Shown here: positions 14,460 to 28,600 of the stretch, piece by piece
Layout: each line of letters starts with the position of its first letter
Numbering within the stretch: position 1 is the first letter of the stretch
Notes under the pieces: model-generated
What the model saw: only the letters and a program-made list of their open reading frames with translations
Databases searched by the model: none
Told to the model about the DNA's origin: nothing
NCBI GenBank assembly: GCA_965153455.1
Contig: OZ234493.1
Coordinates: 7,120,213-7,184,212, forward strand
Source: Sphagnum compactum
Lineage: Eukaryota
Direction of reading: 5' to 3'
Length of the DNA: 64,000 nucleotides
Program-made: the position numbers and the translations under genes

Positions 14460-15810
14460 TTAATTTTTAGAGTTTAGGTTTGGGTCTTTTTGGATTTAAT
14501 TTTGGGGTTGAACAGGGGATGAACGTTCAAAGGTTAAATACTAGGGTTTAAGTTTTGAGGGTTCTAAGGTCTAAAATTTTAAATATAAATTTGGGCTTTT
14601 AAGGTTTCAATTTTAGAGTTTTGATTTTTTGGGGTTTTAGGGTTTGCTTGGATTTCTTAAAGTCTGAATTTTAGGGTTTGATTTTAAATTTTAGGCTTTC
14701 TACGATTTGAATTTCAAGGCTTTTTAGGGTTTGAAATTTAGGGTCTGGCTTTATGGTTTAGGAATTGAAATGGTAAGGTTTAAGGTTTATGAGTTTACTT
14801 TTTAAGGTTTCATTTTTAAAATTTAGTTTTGGGATTTTAAAAAGCTAATTTTTCGGTTTAGTGCTTAATTTTAGGGTTATGATTTTTGAAATATGATTTT
14901 CAGAATTTAGGGTTAGGGTTTAAAACATTAGGGTACAAACCATTAGGATTGTACCTTAACGTTTAATTTTGAAGTTTTAGGCTACATTTAATTTTGAAGT
15001 TTAGGGTCAGGGAGGGGTTAAAATATGATTTTTAAGGTTAGGGTTTAATTTTAAATGAAAGATGTTTGGGTTTTAAGGTTGGGGTTTAAGGTTTTAATGT
15101 TTGAATTTTATGGTTTTAGGTCTGATTTTTGGGGGTTAGGGTTAGGGTTTGGGTTTTGGGATTAGGGTTTTTAGGTCTGAATTTTTGGGTTTAAGTTTAA
15201 GGTTAACATTTTTAGGTCTGAAATTTTTAGGGTTTTTGGATTTAATTTTTGTGATTGGGTTAACATTTTTCAGGTTTGAATTTTAGGGCTTAGGTTTTGG
15301 GGTTAGGGTTAGGGTTTTAAAGTCTGAATTTCTAGGTTTAGGTTTAGCATTAATGTTTTCAGGTTTGAATTTTAGGGTTTTGAGTCTAGTTTTTGGGGTT
15401 AAGGTTAGCATTTTCAGGTCTGATTTTTAGGGTTTAGTTGTTGGGGTTTATGGTTAAGATTTTCAAGTTTAAATTTTAGGGTTTTGGGTTTGATTTTTGG
15501 GATTAGGGTTAGCATTTTCAGGTTTGAATTTTAGGGTTTAAATTCTAGGGGTTAGGATGTTCAAGTCTGAATTTTAGAATTTTGGGCATATGATTAAGAT
15601 GTAGGTTTTTGGGATTAGGGTTAGGGTTTTGGGTCTGATTTTTGGAATTAGGGTTAGCACTTTCAGCTCTAAAATTTAAGGTTTAGGATTTGGGAGTTAA
15701 ATTAGGGATTTCAAGTCTGAAATTTAAGGTTTAAGATCTTATTTTGGGGGTTATGATTAAGATGTAGGTTTTTGGTGTTAGGGTTAGGGTTTTCAGGTCT
15801 GATTTTTTGT
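14460..15810 (+). repeat. Degenerate telomere-like (TTTAGGG/TTAGGG) tract
   Basis: Many TTTAGGG and GGGTTAGGGTT variants interleaved with a recurring TTTTCAGGTCTGAATTT spacer; strong T/G strand bias. Confidence 0.8.
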
Positions 15811-16329
15811 TTTGCGTCATAATAAGTGTAGTTCTAGTTGTATTAAGCAGGTTGTCAAAGTTAATGTTTGAGTAGCATCTTTTGAATTTCATTTTTTATA
15901 ACATGATAATGTCACTATGTATGACGTGTCAAGAATTTTATGATAGTTATATGTTTTAAGCTAAGTAGGGCTGGAATTAGTACCAAAGTGAATGCGGTTG
16001 TAGAGTTTTCATGTTTGTAATAAGTAAAGATTTAGGTGATCAGAATCTAGTTTTTTGGATTTTGAAAACCACCTTGCTTCTTTTGTTATGTGTTGTATTT
16101 GCTTTGCAAGAAAGTTTATGTTTGGTTTTGTTTTTGTTTTGCAAGATGTATAGTACTTGGATTGTGTTGGGTAACATGTTTTTGTGTAGGTGAGTAGAAC
16201 TATGTTTAAATATGATGCACTAGATTTATGAATTTAATGTTGTTTAGTTTATATGCATTGATAGTGATGGTCATAGGCATCGATATTGGAGCACACAAGA
16301 CGCCTTCATATGGAACTAGTCGAAATTTG

Positions 16330-17045
16330 CATTATGTGATGATGCACTATTCATTGCATCATGCACCAACCATGCATTTGAGGATGAAATTTAATGGCCC
16401 ACACTTGAGGAGAGGGTTACCTTGAGTATGCATTTGCAAGAGTTACTCAAGTGTATTGGGTTTATTGATGGCACTTTGATCAATATTCATAGGCCTTGGC
16501 AAAATGAAGCCCATCGCACATGGTTTAATGGGTAGAAAAAAGATATATGCAATGAACAACATGGTCGTTCTGAACCATCATAGGTTATTCATCTACATAG
16601 ACATTAGCAATCTTGGCTCCTACCATGATACATCTTTCGGCACTTGAGTGTTTACAAGAATTGGCGTTAATACTTCACCCATGGTGATGATTATTTTGGG
16701 TACTTGTTGGGAAATCCAAGCTATATGGGTGAAAGGATGTTTATTATGTAAAAGATAAGGCAATAGGAACTAACACTAATTGCTAGCCATGTTGTAATGC
16801 AAGTTTATAACAAGATACATGCAAGTTTTAAGGTGCAAGTAGAATGGGGCATAGTTGGGTTGAAAAGAAAGTCGAAGCACATCATGAAAAGGTTTGCTTC
16901 ACCAAAACTTAAATATTCACATATGTTTTAAGTCATAGCTCTCTTAATTATTTTCTTGCACAAGAGATGCATAAACCTCACATATGAAATCATTAATGAT
17001 TATAATGCTAACCCAACTACACATGGTTGGGCTAGGAACTTCTAG
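16330..17045 (+). mobile_element. PIF/Harbinger (HARBI1-like DDE) transposase remnant
   Basis: Translation through stops gives GFIDGTLINIHRP..WFNG*KKIYAMN..GSYHD..YLLG..YNKIHASFKVQVEWGIVGLKRK; several stops and frameshifts. Confidence 0.85.
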
Positions 17046-20000
17046 TTATAGGTGCAAAATATTTTAAACCTTTTATTTCAATTCTTCTTTTATATAACAC
17101 CTAGCTTTCTAATTGCTTTCTAATTATTAATCTTCACTTTATTCAACCTTTAAGTCATTGTTGATCTCCACCTTGCCAACTAGGAAGGCATCAAGATTGG
17201 ATTGTGAAAATTGTTGAGAAATGGGATGCCATTGTTGCCATGCTCCTAGACTTTATAACATTTTTAATTTTGTCATTGATTTCTCACCATCACTTCCAGA
17301 TGGGTAGAATCCAAGATGGGCCGGGGTTAAATGTAAGGGTTGTTGGTTCAAGAGAGCTAGATGATGGGGTTTTAGGTTTAGGTACAGGTGCCCCCATCAA
17401 TCAGACTTTGATGTCTTTTCAAGACATTCCTTGTTGCATGCCCATCTATGGCTCTCAAACATTCCAACATTTGATCAGATTGTAGTGTTGTTTTCTCCAA
17501 ACTTTCTTGATTTGGAATTCCTATTTTTAATTCCTTCAAAATGTTTTGTAATCGGTGTTTGAAGGTTTCCTCCACAAGGTATGAATTAGGATAAGTCATT
17601 TGATAGTTAATGTATAATTGCTTCCACATAGAAGCAATAAAAAATTGAACAAACCTTATTCTTGCCCAAGTTATAATTTGCAAGTGTAAGTTATAAAAAA
17701 ATTGCCATGGTGTTGAGCTAGATAGAAATCACAAGTTACCTTGGTACTTTATTCTTCCAAAGGGCTTTAGCTTTATGCAACACCATAGACTTAAATATTT
17801 GTGTTTCTAGTACATATGGTTTTGATTATATGTTTGCCTAAAATTCAACCATCCCTAGAAACATGCACAAAAAAAATGGATGATTCACCTTCAGATCTCC
17901 ATACGTAATCATTGGCTTAAGAGTCATTGGACATGACTAAAATTAGTAATTGATGCTACTAAAAAAATCATTGGATTCAATGACCAAGTTTTAGTCATTC
18001 GACTTTCGACCCAAATAATCATTAGAAACAAGGTTTGGAAATAAAAAATTGGAAGTCAAAGTGAAGATAGTAGCATATGCTTTTGAGCTTCAAACCGTGC
18101 ATGTGGGTTTATAGTTTTTTTAGAGACTCGTAAATTGCAAATTCATCTTTAATTAAATATTTATTGAGTTGCAAAATTTGGGGTTTTATTTCAATGCCAT
18201 ATTCATATTCACACACATCGAATCCATAAGAAACTTCAAGTCTTTTTGGTTACAAACCAAAAGTTAGGATTTCGAGAATATGTAAATACCCATACACATT
18301 AAGTTTTTTTAAAATTCAAATCTTATTGAGCTACAAAGCCAAAAAAAGGTTTAAGAGTGCATTTGAGAACCCATACATATGAAAACTAGCTAGCTATGTG
18401 AAAAGCTCAAAAATCATAGGAAGTTTCAAACCCAACCTTCAAACTAAAATTTCAAATGTTTGGATCATCTAGGAAGCAAAGCTTTAAAGAATGAACTTTA
18501 AATTGCAAACATCGTTTCAAAAACCATTGCAAAAATCCTTGGGCAACAATATTGCATCAATAAAACGCATTGTAATGTTTCACAATGTTTAGGGCATGCC
18601 ATTCAAGGGACTCGCCCACAACTTTATGCCACACATGATTTATTCAACAAAGGTGTTAGATCATACACAAGTCCATAAGCAATTTTGGGAATATATGTTT
18701 AGTCATGAATGCACCTATTAGAGGAGGCAATAGATGTTTTAGGTATTTTGTAAGTTTTTCATGGCTATGGGGGACGTTGAGGGTTAAGGTTTTGGAGTAC
18801 AAAGAACAATTTTTGGAATTTGTGGAGGCAAAAAAAAGTTTTCAAGTTTTTGAAACAAGACAAGTTTTGTTTCTAGTCTTGGAGGCTCAACGTTGGTTTA
18901 GTTCAAAGATTTTTTCGGCCACCCACCAACTAAGGTTTGGAAAAAATTACAACCCGTTTGGCAACATGTGAAGAAAGACCACAATAGGAGAAATGCCAAA
19001 AAGAAAGGTTCTAAGTGAGACCAGTAAAAAAAACTCTTCCTCTTCTTATGTACCAAAACCATCTTGGTGTATGTTGGGTTAAACCTCACCTTAAAATATG
19101 TTGCAAGTTTGGATTGTTGTTGCAAAGCCTTGGATAAGAAGCTACTCCTCATAACATCTTAAAGTTCGCAAGTCTCAAAAGCTTGTCCATGCCACAAGCT
19201 TCCAAAAACGGCTTCCTCCATACTCTTGCTGACCATCTTGATAAGTCTTAGAAGCTTTGGCGACGACAAAACTTAGACGATGGTGAAACTTATGTGAGTG
19301 TAAAGGAAGGGTGATGAGACACCAGATTTTGTAGGGCGAAACATGAGTAAAAAACTGATAGAGTGCTTTTGGAGTTGATACGAGCACAGACACAAGCGAG
19401 GACAATCAAGGTGCGAGTGCAGAGGTAAGGTGAGGCTTTTGTGCTACAGCTCTTCCAAGAGCATCTCAGGCAGTTGCAGGAAATTTGGATGAAGTCTGCA
19501 TCATAGTGGAGTGAAAAGGAAAATGTGTGCTGTTGCCAAAGTGATGATGATCCAAAAAAAGATTCAACCAAATTTGGCTAAAATCTGAATGTGAAAATAA
19601 TTTTTTAAAACTTCCTCCTACATTTTTGGCTATCTACTTGATTCATGTTAAGAAATATGGCAATTAAAGAAATTGGGTCAAGTTCTGGCTATTGAAAATC
19701 TCAAAAGCATGTGATTTTAGCACTTTTATATTTTTAATATATGTTTGGCCATATATAGCCAGGCTAAAGAGAGGCTGGTGAAGGTCCATATAGACAATAG
19801 AATCAAACTTTGAGGGTTGATCTGCCTTAGGGTAGACTGGCTGGTGTTCGAACACTTAAGGTAGGGTTTTGCTCATGGTTTTTGCAGGAGGGTCCCATTG
19901 TTTATGGTGTCCAAAAAATAGATGGAACACTCTTCTTGACGCATCTGTTGCACTAAAAATTGGCAAAAATGGATTAAATGTGAGAAAATTACAACGCTTC

Positions 20001-20940
20001 AAAATAGGTGGGGTTGATTTTACAGAAAATTCTCGATTGTTCAGCTTCATAGCCTATTTTCACACCCCTCCAAAAATTCTTACATATTACTACGTTGCCT
20101 TTAGAGTTACAACATGATTTGCAGAGCTTAAGATGGTGATTTTAGAGAAGTTTAAATCACTCAATTTGAACCAAAAAGAAATTGAGAAAGTTCGACGTAG
20201 CAGGAGAGGTCAAAATGAAAAAAAACACATTTTGCAATTCGAAGAAACAGCTTATTTTCTTTACTGCTCTTTGGCTTTGTATTTCAAAGATGATTTGTAG
20301 AGTTTAAGAAGATGCCCCCAGAACATTTTAAATCAATTGGAATGGAGAAGAATTGAGAAAGATTTGCCAAAGTGTTTGGTGATAAGCTAGTGTTTGGTGG
20401 AGGGCATGTCTACCATAATCGGAGTTTTGTTTTTCAATTGTATGATGTAGCTGAAGTGGCAATCGTCCATAAGATGATTTAGCCAGATTTGGTGATAAGA
20501 AAATATGAAAGTTAAAACCTTTTAAACATCCTTTTATATTTTGGCTACCTGATGGAGCTTAGGATGGAATGTGGCGATTTTGTTGAAAAATTAGATTCTT
20601 TTTCGAGATTTGGCCACTTAAAAACAAAAAAATTTGGCCAATTTGAAAAAGAAATCGCCATTTGGCGAAATTTCGCCCCAAAAACGAACCCTGGCCCTAA
20701 CAGACATGCAGCAAAGGACGCCTCCAGGGAGTTGTTTCCTAACCAGACACACACTTGGGGGGCCACGAAGCAGATTTTGTTGCATTGTCTTGTCAATTTT
20801 ATTTTTTCTTTGTAGGGTTATATGAAAAATGAAGGGATTTAGGAAATGGGTCGATCTCCGATTACGATTTCATTGGTGCCAGTAATTGCAGCAAATTATT
20901 AGAAACAGCTGCTGCGTTTTTTCTCGTTCTCTTCAAAGCT

Positions 20941-23900
20941 ATGGCGGAAGAAGTGCACTCTCGATTGCTGCAGCACAGTGACAGTGGCCATGGCGGAGAG
21001 ATTATTAGCATTGAGGAACGACAACATGGGAGCTCCAGTGATGGAGGTGTGTTTCTGTCAGATTTACCGCAGGCTAAGGGCAGATGGCAGTTCAAGTACC
21101 ATCACAAGCTCTTGAGTAGCAAAGATTTCCAGGACTCCATTGCTCATACTGAAGGTAAGAGGGTTTCTTTTCTTGGCTATAAACCCTAGCTTTGTAGAGT
21201 AGCAGCAAGCAATGTCGGCTGAATGAATGAAGTTGAGGAATTGGCGAAGAAACTGAAAGAAGAGGGAGAGATGCTGGAGAAGAATGTGTTTTAGGATTGA
21301 AAATGCGGCGTGGTTGTATGCAGTCCGGCGACAGTACAACAGAAGGCAAAGAGATGTAATTGAATATTTCAAAAATGTCGACTCGAATCCAGTGGGAGCG
21401 ACTGGCACTAGTGGTGAAGAGCGGCATGAAGGACTTGCAATCAACCTCTCAAATGCGACAAACGTCGTTCTCCTTATTATCAAGGTGATTGCATCCTTTT
21501 TAAGCTCTTGAGAAGCTCATTCCTTGAAAAAGTTGTTTGATGGAAATGATTATCATGGTGGAAAGAACCTTGAGAATGTCTCTGTCCAACCAATTCACAT
21601 AGTTCCATGCCTCTCAAGGTTCTTTCCACCATGGTAATCATGGAACAATAATCCTTGGAAACATAGGAATAATGTGATCAATTTGTATATGTCCCCGAGA
21701 AACTATCTATGTTGGACCCTAATAATCTGTTGGAGTATGGGAGATGGCTAGAGTCTTCTTCATGCTGAATTTTTCTGTGGAGGAGGTGATGGTTCTTACA
21801 GGAAGAACCTTGTCACAGCTCCATGATCAATACTTGTGCCCTAAAGCATAAATAATAGATTTATAGCAAAAGGAACATGTTTATTCTTGTTGACAGACAC
21901 AATGTTATGTTTCTTGGACTATTATGAGCTTCTCCCTACCACAATGTGATTGAATATTGTTTGAACGTCTGTCGTCTCCTATCCTCAACCCCCTAATTAC
22001 AAATGTTGAGGTTTTCTGCTGAGTTGAACATAGGGGATAATAAGATGGTAGTCACATGTGCAGATTATTGCTTCAATAAAGAGTAGGTCATTAGCCATAG
22101 TGGCATCAACATTGGAGTCGTTGCTGGACCTGATAGCAGGGGTCATCCTTTTGTTTACAAGGTGGTCCATGAAGCGTGAGAATGTTTACAAATACCCAAT
22201 CGGCAAGCTTCGTGTTCAACCAGTCGGCATTGTTATTTTTGCTGCTATCATGGCCACACTTGGTATGCTTGATGCCTCTTAACCCTTTCGTCTCTTCTTC
22301 TGTGTCCATGAGGCACTCCTTTTTGCTACTTTATCGAGCACTCATATCTTTCTTTTTGTTTTCACATGTGTTATCAGCTCATGTCATTACTAACTCTGCA
22401 AATCTTTGTTCTGAGCTAATACATTACTGCTTAAATGTGTCATGCATGTGTAAAATTGTTGTGTCTTCATAAGGTGACTTATTCTTGAACAGCACCATGA
22501 AACTTTGGTGAACATTTCACATATACCATAAACATAGTTACAAAGCATGTTGACATTGGGTTATGTAGCCATGTCATGCACAAATTGAACTAACAACTTG
22601 GTACTCTATATCTACTAGCAGAAGTTCCATTGAGATGGTTGCTTTTTGTTTACTGTATTTTTTGGCAGGGATGCAGGTGCTGGTAACAGCAGGTGAGCAA
22701 CTGGTGGAAGGCAAAACAAGACACAAGATGAACAGTGGAGAGCTGACATGGCTCATAGCTGTTATGAGTGTGGCCATTATTGCTAAGGGTGCTCTATATT
22801 TCTACTGCCGCAGTTTCAAGAGTCAAATTGTCCATGCCTACTCTTTGGTAAATGAAAGTTGGCAACCCATTGGATACATCAGAAGACTTACTGTGAATGT
22901 TATTAACTCTTGCTAAGTGGGATACTTGCAATTAGACCTCCTCAAGGCTCATTGATCTGGGGGTCTACACAACTATAGGCTTCTTTAGTATGAAGCAAAT
23001 TCACAGTTTTGACATCTGAAGATGAAGGTCCTGCCTCACAAGGATTGCTTGCACAAAAATATTTGATTCTAGAATTTTGGTATTTTGGTTACAGTATGTT
23101 CCTTACAGAGTTGTAGTCATGCAGGACCACAATTTTGATATGCTCACCAACATAGCAGGTCTAGGAGCAGCACTTTTGGCTGACCAATTCTATTGGTGGA
23201 TTGACCCAGTTGGTGCCATGATTCTTGCTATTTACACTATTGTTGAATGGTCCAAAACTGTGCTCGAAAATGCTGGTACTTTATGCTTTTCTCACTGCCA
23301 TGCTCAAGGGGTCATCCTCTGCAACCTAATGAAGTGTTTTGTCCATAGCTCAGGCAATGTTACGAGTGGGCAAACATGTCTCTTGAGTCATCATGCAATG
23401 TGATTTCCAACTAGGTGGATGTGCCTACTGGTGCTGTAAGAATAGTTGTGAGTCCTTTGACAAGTTTTTCATTTCTACAACATGGATCTGGTGATGAATG
23501 AAGAGTGAAGAGCAAAGTTCTTCTGCAGGATTGAGATGTCAATTATCTGGTGGTATCAAACACAAATCTGTCTTCTGTGATGAATGCAGCATCATTGGTC
23601 GGGCATGCAGCTCCACCTGAGTTCATACAAAAGGTGACAGTGATTACTATCAATCATGACTCCCGCATCAAGCGCATTGACACAGTGCGGGCATACACAT
23701 TTGGAAGCCTTTATTTTGTGGAGGTGTGAATACTCTCTGCAATTTTCTGTACTGGTCTATTACTGTGAATGCATCTATTTTTCTCCCTTGTTTACTTCTG
23801 AAACAAAGAAAAATTGTCCCAATAAGGGAGTTCTGTATGTCATGTTATGTTTGTCATCAGTGATTCACACATTGATTTAAGTGTGGCATTAAAACCAGGT

Positions 23901-24075
23901 GGACATCGAGCTACCAGAAGTGATGCCATTGAAGGAGGCACATGATATTGGGGAAGATTTACAAACAGAACTGGAGGCATTGCCAGAGGTTGAGCGAGCT
24001 TATGTGCATCTTGACTATGAGTCAAGACATCCACCAGAACATAAAGTGCATGTCAAAGCATTACCAACCACATAG
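20941..24075 (+). CDS. MTP8: Metal tolerance protein, Mn-CDF (MTP8-like), 7 exons
   Basis: Exons 20941-21154, 21324-21484, 22064-22262, 22669-22847, 23125-23275, 23590-23723, 23899-24075 splice in frame. Motifs: [87 protein letters not shown]. Confidence 0.93.
21546..21641. other. Intronic hairpin, 30-bp stem and 36-nt loop
   Basis: ATGATTATCATGGTGGAAAGAACCTTGAGA pairs with TCTCAAGGTTCTTTCCACCATGGTAATCAT (one G:U). Confidence 0.85.
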
Positions 24076-25199
24076 TGACAGCGCATTTCTCCAAGGGCAG
24101 GCAATGTCCACAGATAGAAGATGAGTAATTGCTTTAAGATCTAGACCTGACACAGTAGCTTCCCCAATGCTCTTGGTGAGTTAAAACAGTATGTTAGTAC
24201 CATCAGAGGTATCGCCCGTGGGCACAGCCCTTTATCAAGATGCTTCTCATGGTGAGGACACAAGCCTTTGTGAGGTTGTGCTGTGGGAAAAGGGAGTTTG
24301 AACAGATCAGGTCTGGACTCTAGACTTACATTCACTGCATATTGGGGCACAGATCTTGCAGTTTGTGCTCTCAATCTGTCTCCTTGTCAATTGAATGCTG
24401 TCAGTGCCCCTTTTGTTTCCTCAAACCACAATCCAGTTGGCTCAGATGGCCATGAGCTATAAACAACCAATGTGGGCTGTTTCCCCTGGTAATCCCATAG
24501 TTGTCAGCATTTCCTTCTTGGCTTGTGTGACATGGCCAACAACCAATCTGAGAAAAGCCTGTATACAAAGTCCATTTCTTGACATTGGTGGGCTGGGTAT
24601 ATGTGGACTCGGGTGGCATGGTGTTGGCCTGTAAGCCTCCCCTTGTCGTGTTGTGGATATGGTGACTTGGGTTGCATGGCGTTGGGCGTTAAGCTTCCCA
24701 ATAACACCACCGCAGCCTTCCCCATGTCAATCATCATGCTACTGTCAATCATCTATGACTAGCACCAACCAAGAACACAGAATAAACCAGATTGCTTCTC
24801 TGCAGTACACTAGTTCCTGCTCAATTTCCTAGACTACCCCAAGTGCACCCTGATTATGAAAACATGATTAGTTTTCATGAATACTGATATTGATCCTTAA
24901 TCCTCAGTTGGACCTAACCAAATTTGACAGAGGTATGTTCTCTTGTTCACTCAGTTTGTGTGCGGCTTGAATTGATCAGTTTAGATCAGCAAGCTGGGGC
25001 AAGAGGGAGTCACTGAAGTGCTTTATTGTTCACTAAATCAATTTGTAACCTTCTCATATATGTTCCATGATCTATGTTGAAGCACAATGAAAATTCAATT
25101 ACAAACATGCATAAGCAAAAGAACATGTAACAGACATGTAACTATTTGTTGACAATGTTTGACCAACAATAAGTTTTTAAACTTATGTAAGAATCCATG

Positions 25200-25635
25200 G
25201 GATAGCCCCTAGGTAGGCCTATGTAGACATTAACAAGCCTAGGTAGACCTTAATTAACCCCTATGTAGGCTTAGATAGCCCTTAGACTGAGACCTATGTA
25301 GCCCTTATGTAAGCTTAAGTAGACCTAGATATGTAGATAATTAACCCCTAGGTAGGCCATGGACAAATCTAGGTAACCCTTCAGGGTAGCCCTTACATGA
25401 CCCCTAGTTAGCCTATAGTATCCCCTAGGTAATTTAACTACTTTTAAGTAGCCTTTATTTAGGCCTAGGTAGTCCCTAAGTAGTTCTAGTTAGGCCTTAG
25501 ATAACCTTTATATAGGCTTTAAATAGCCTTTAGGTAGGCCTCTATGCCTTAGATAGCCCTAGGTAAACCCTGTAAGTAACCCCTAGGTAGTACTTAGGCC
25601 TTCAATATTTTAAATAGCTTCTGGGTAGCCCTAGC
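25200..25635. repeat. Degenerate minisatellite rich in CCTAGG/AGGCCT palindromes
   Basis: Repeated tagcccctaggtaggcct-like units. Confidence 0.75.
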
Positions 25636-28600
25636 ATTACAAGAATTCACGGCTTTTGAAGCCATAAAATTCGACTAGATTGTCCATTTTGATTGGTGTA
25701 TTGGTACTACTTTACTAGAGGTATGAAAAAATATAGAGACTTGTACCTTTTGATTGGTCGTATTGACTAGGCTGTTTTTTTTACTATCCTATCAAATGAG
25801 ACATTAGTCAAATGGGTCAAGAAAATGGCATGTTTAATCAAGTTGGCATTGTTGTAGTCAAATGGGACATGCCTGTAAGGAGAATTTTGTATGTACCAAG
25901 CTTCAATCACAAAAAGTTTAAAGTATGACTACGCAATAGCCTCAAGTTCATACTCCTTTGAGAAGATATGAATTTTGCCAATAAATATGTGAGGGGGGTG
26001 TGATGATTTGTCCATCATTCATAAAGCTATATATGCAATAGAACTAGTTAATGGATACCACAAATAGATCATAATGCAACATTACAAGCATTGCAAGGGA
26101 ATCCAATCAAGGCCATGAAAAGAAGAAAGGAAATAGAACACAATCATCTATGCATCAATCATAAGATGCACAAATGTTTAACTACCTTCCCAAGAAATCC
26201 TTAGACAATAGATTGAAGCCCATGAAGACTCCCATGTGTAGTCGATCACCTTCCACTTGGATTTTAAGTATTTTAGACTTAAATACCAAAGTGAAGATAA
26301 TAGGCAGTAGCAAAACGATGCAAAAAGTTTGCTTCATATTGCAATATGGGCAAAAAATGTTACATGCTACCTAGATTCAAATTGGGCAAGGTTGAAAAAC
26401 AACTTATTGAACCACTTCTTCAGCTTTGAATTAAAGGATGTGAATGACAAAAAATTAGTCATGCTTGCAAACAAACTACTTAGACAAGACAACAAATTAA
26501 CATCTATGGCTTGGATCTACTTCAACTTTATGGGAATGTGGAAATATAGGTTTGGATGCAGATGGAAGCAAAGAAATAAACACACATTTCCACCAAAGAA
26601 TTGGAAAATGTTGGGAGTTAAGAGCAAAACAACAACAATGAAGACCCAAAAAATAATTTAAAATGCATGAAGAAAAAGTGAATATAATGATTTAATTACA
26701 AACTTGCAAATGAAAAAATTTAAGAAAACATTGAATTTTGTAAATTTACATAGTCCCATGAATGAACATGCACAATTGTGTCATGACTCAACTCACTTGC
26801 TCTAAGACCTAGGGCACACTTATTCTTCAATTGCATTTTGCCTCATCAAAACTTTTTGTGAAAAGTCAAAAAAAGATCCACTTGTATTTCATAATAAAAT
26901 TACCAATTTGAAATGAAACAAATGTTTAATATGTCATATTTTAAAGTGATAATTTATGTCGGTGTTGAAAGTTTTAGATTTATTTATATAACAACACTCG
27001 TAATATATCATGGGAACATGTGAATAAAATTGAAATTACTTTAATGAATAAAAAATATTCAAGAATGCTTTCAAAACACTGTAACCAATGTTTTAAACCT
27101 ATAAATTTAGAACTTGTATGATTTGAAAGTATTTGAAAATGACATATATTTAGCAAAATTTTAATATAAACCTTAACATAATAATATAAAGGGGTGTGAA
27201 CATGTATTTAGGATTTACACCCACCTCCTTGGTGCTTTGTTTAAAAAGCAATGGGTTGGCCAATTGCATGACAAAAGTGGATTGATTATTTAAGGAGTTT
27301 TTTTTTAAATCATTTTTTACAAGTTAACATTAAATTTTCATGACTTAAAAAATGTCACAAAGTCGTATCTATACATGTTTACATAAAATAAATGTACATA
27401 AACAAAATATATAGAACCCAAAATTAAATAAAAATTAAACAATGAAATCACTAATTACATTCCTTAGAAAGTGTTTCTAGGTATTCTATAGTCATTAGAT
27501 TTGTTTCAAACTTATACCAATGCTCCCATTATGTATTTCAAACATTATTAACAAAATACACAAATTTGTTTTTACATTAACTTAATTTACAATTTAAAAA
27601 AAATTAAAATTTTAATAATTGTTACACCTTCCATGGGTCCTAATTGCATGTTTGAACCCAAATACTTTTTTAAACACTTACAAATACATTCAGTTCAAAA
27701 TTTTCTGAAATATTTCAAAAATATTTTGAGAATAAACAATCAAGTGGATGGGTATGAAATAGTGGTCCTTTTATTATGAATGCACCCATATACCTAGAAA
27801 TTCAAATCAAACATAAAAAACAAGCTTCCATTATTTGTGTAGGATATAAGAGTGATGATTACAAAACTTTGGTTAAAAGTATGGGAATAATCTAACATTT
27901 GCCAACTTAAAGCTACCTAATCCACTTTAGTAATAACTCCAATCGTTTTTGTTCTTGTTTCCATCCAAAATAAATTTTTGATAAAACATTAATATGATCT
28001 CTATTAGGATGTACAATATTTACATGATAATATTCCATTATAAGATTAAGCTATGATCGCAAGCTATCAATGAAAAGTGATATAGAAACTAGCACAAAGA
28101 TCCACTCTAACTTGCCAACATGCACAGTAGAATACATCAAAGATAATCCTAAGAAAAGAAAACCTCTTACAATTCTACCTTTTGCATGAAGAGACCATGT
28201 AAATGCTTGAATTCTACTTAACAATAGTGTTAAGTACTAGGCTCCTAGAGTCCCAAAAATGTGTCTAAGACTTTGTTATTCTAATACGCAAATTGCAAAC
28301 ACCTCTACAAACTCTCAAGGAGGTTTCATGCACAAATTTGTGTAAACCTTTAAATGTAAAAGGTACTACAAAAACATAAAAAATGTTGTTTTGTGGATGG
28401 ATACATAACTTTGTAATCAAGCAAAGCACTCCATTTGACCTTCAAGGAAGCTTTAAGATTTAATAACAAGAGGAATTGCATGGTGTTGGGTTTCAATTGA
28501 TTGCGCAAAAACAAAGAATAAATAGTGCAAAAACATTATTATTCACCTTCACGATTAATGTTCATTTCACATTTCAAAAAATGCACCAATTGTGATTTTT

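Noticed and set aside
17100-17960. Possible convergent Harbinger ORF2 (Myb/SANT-like)
   Set aside because: The position fits but no motif could be confirmed by eye
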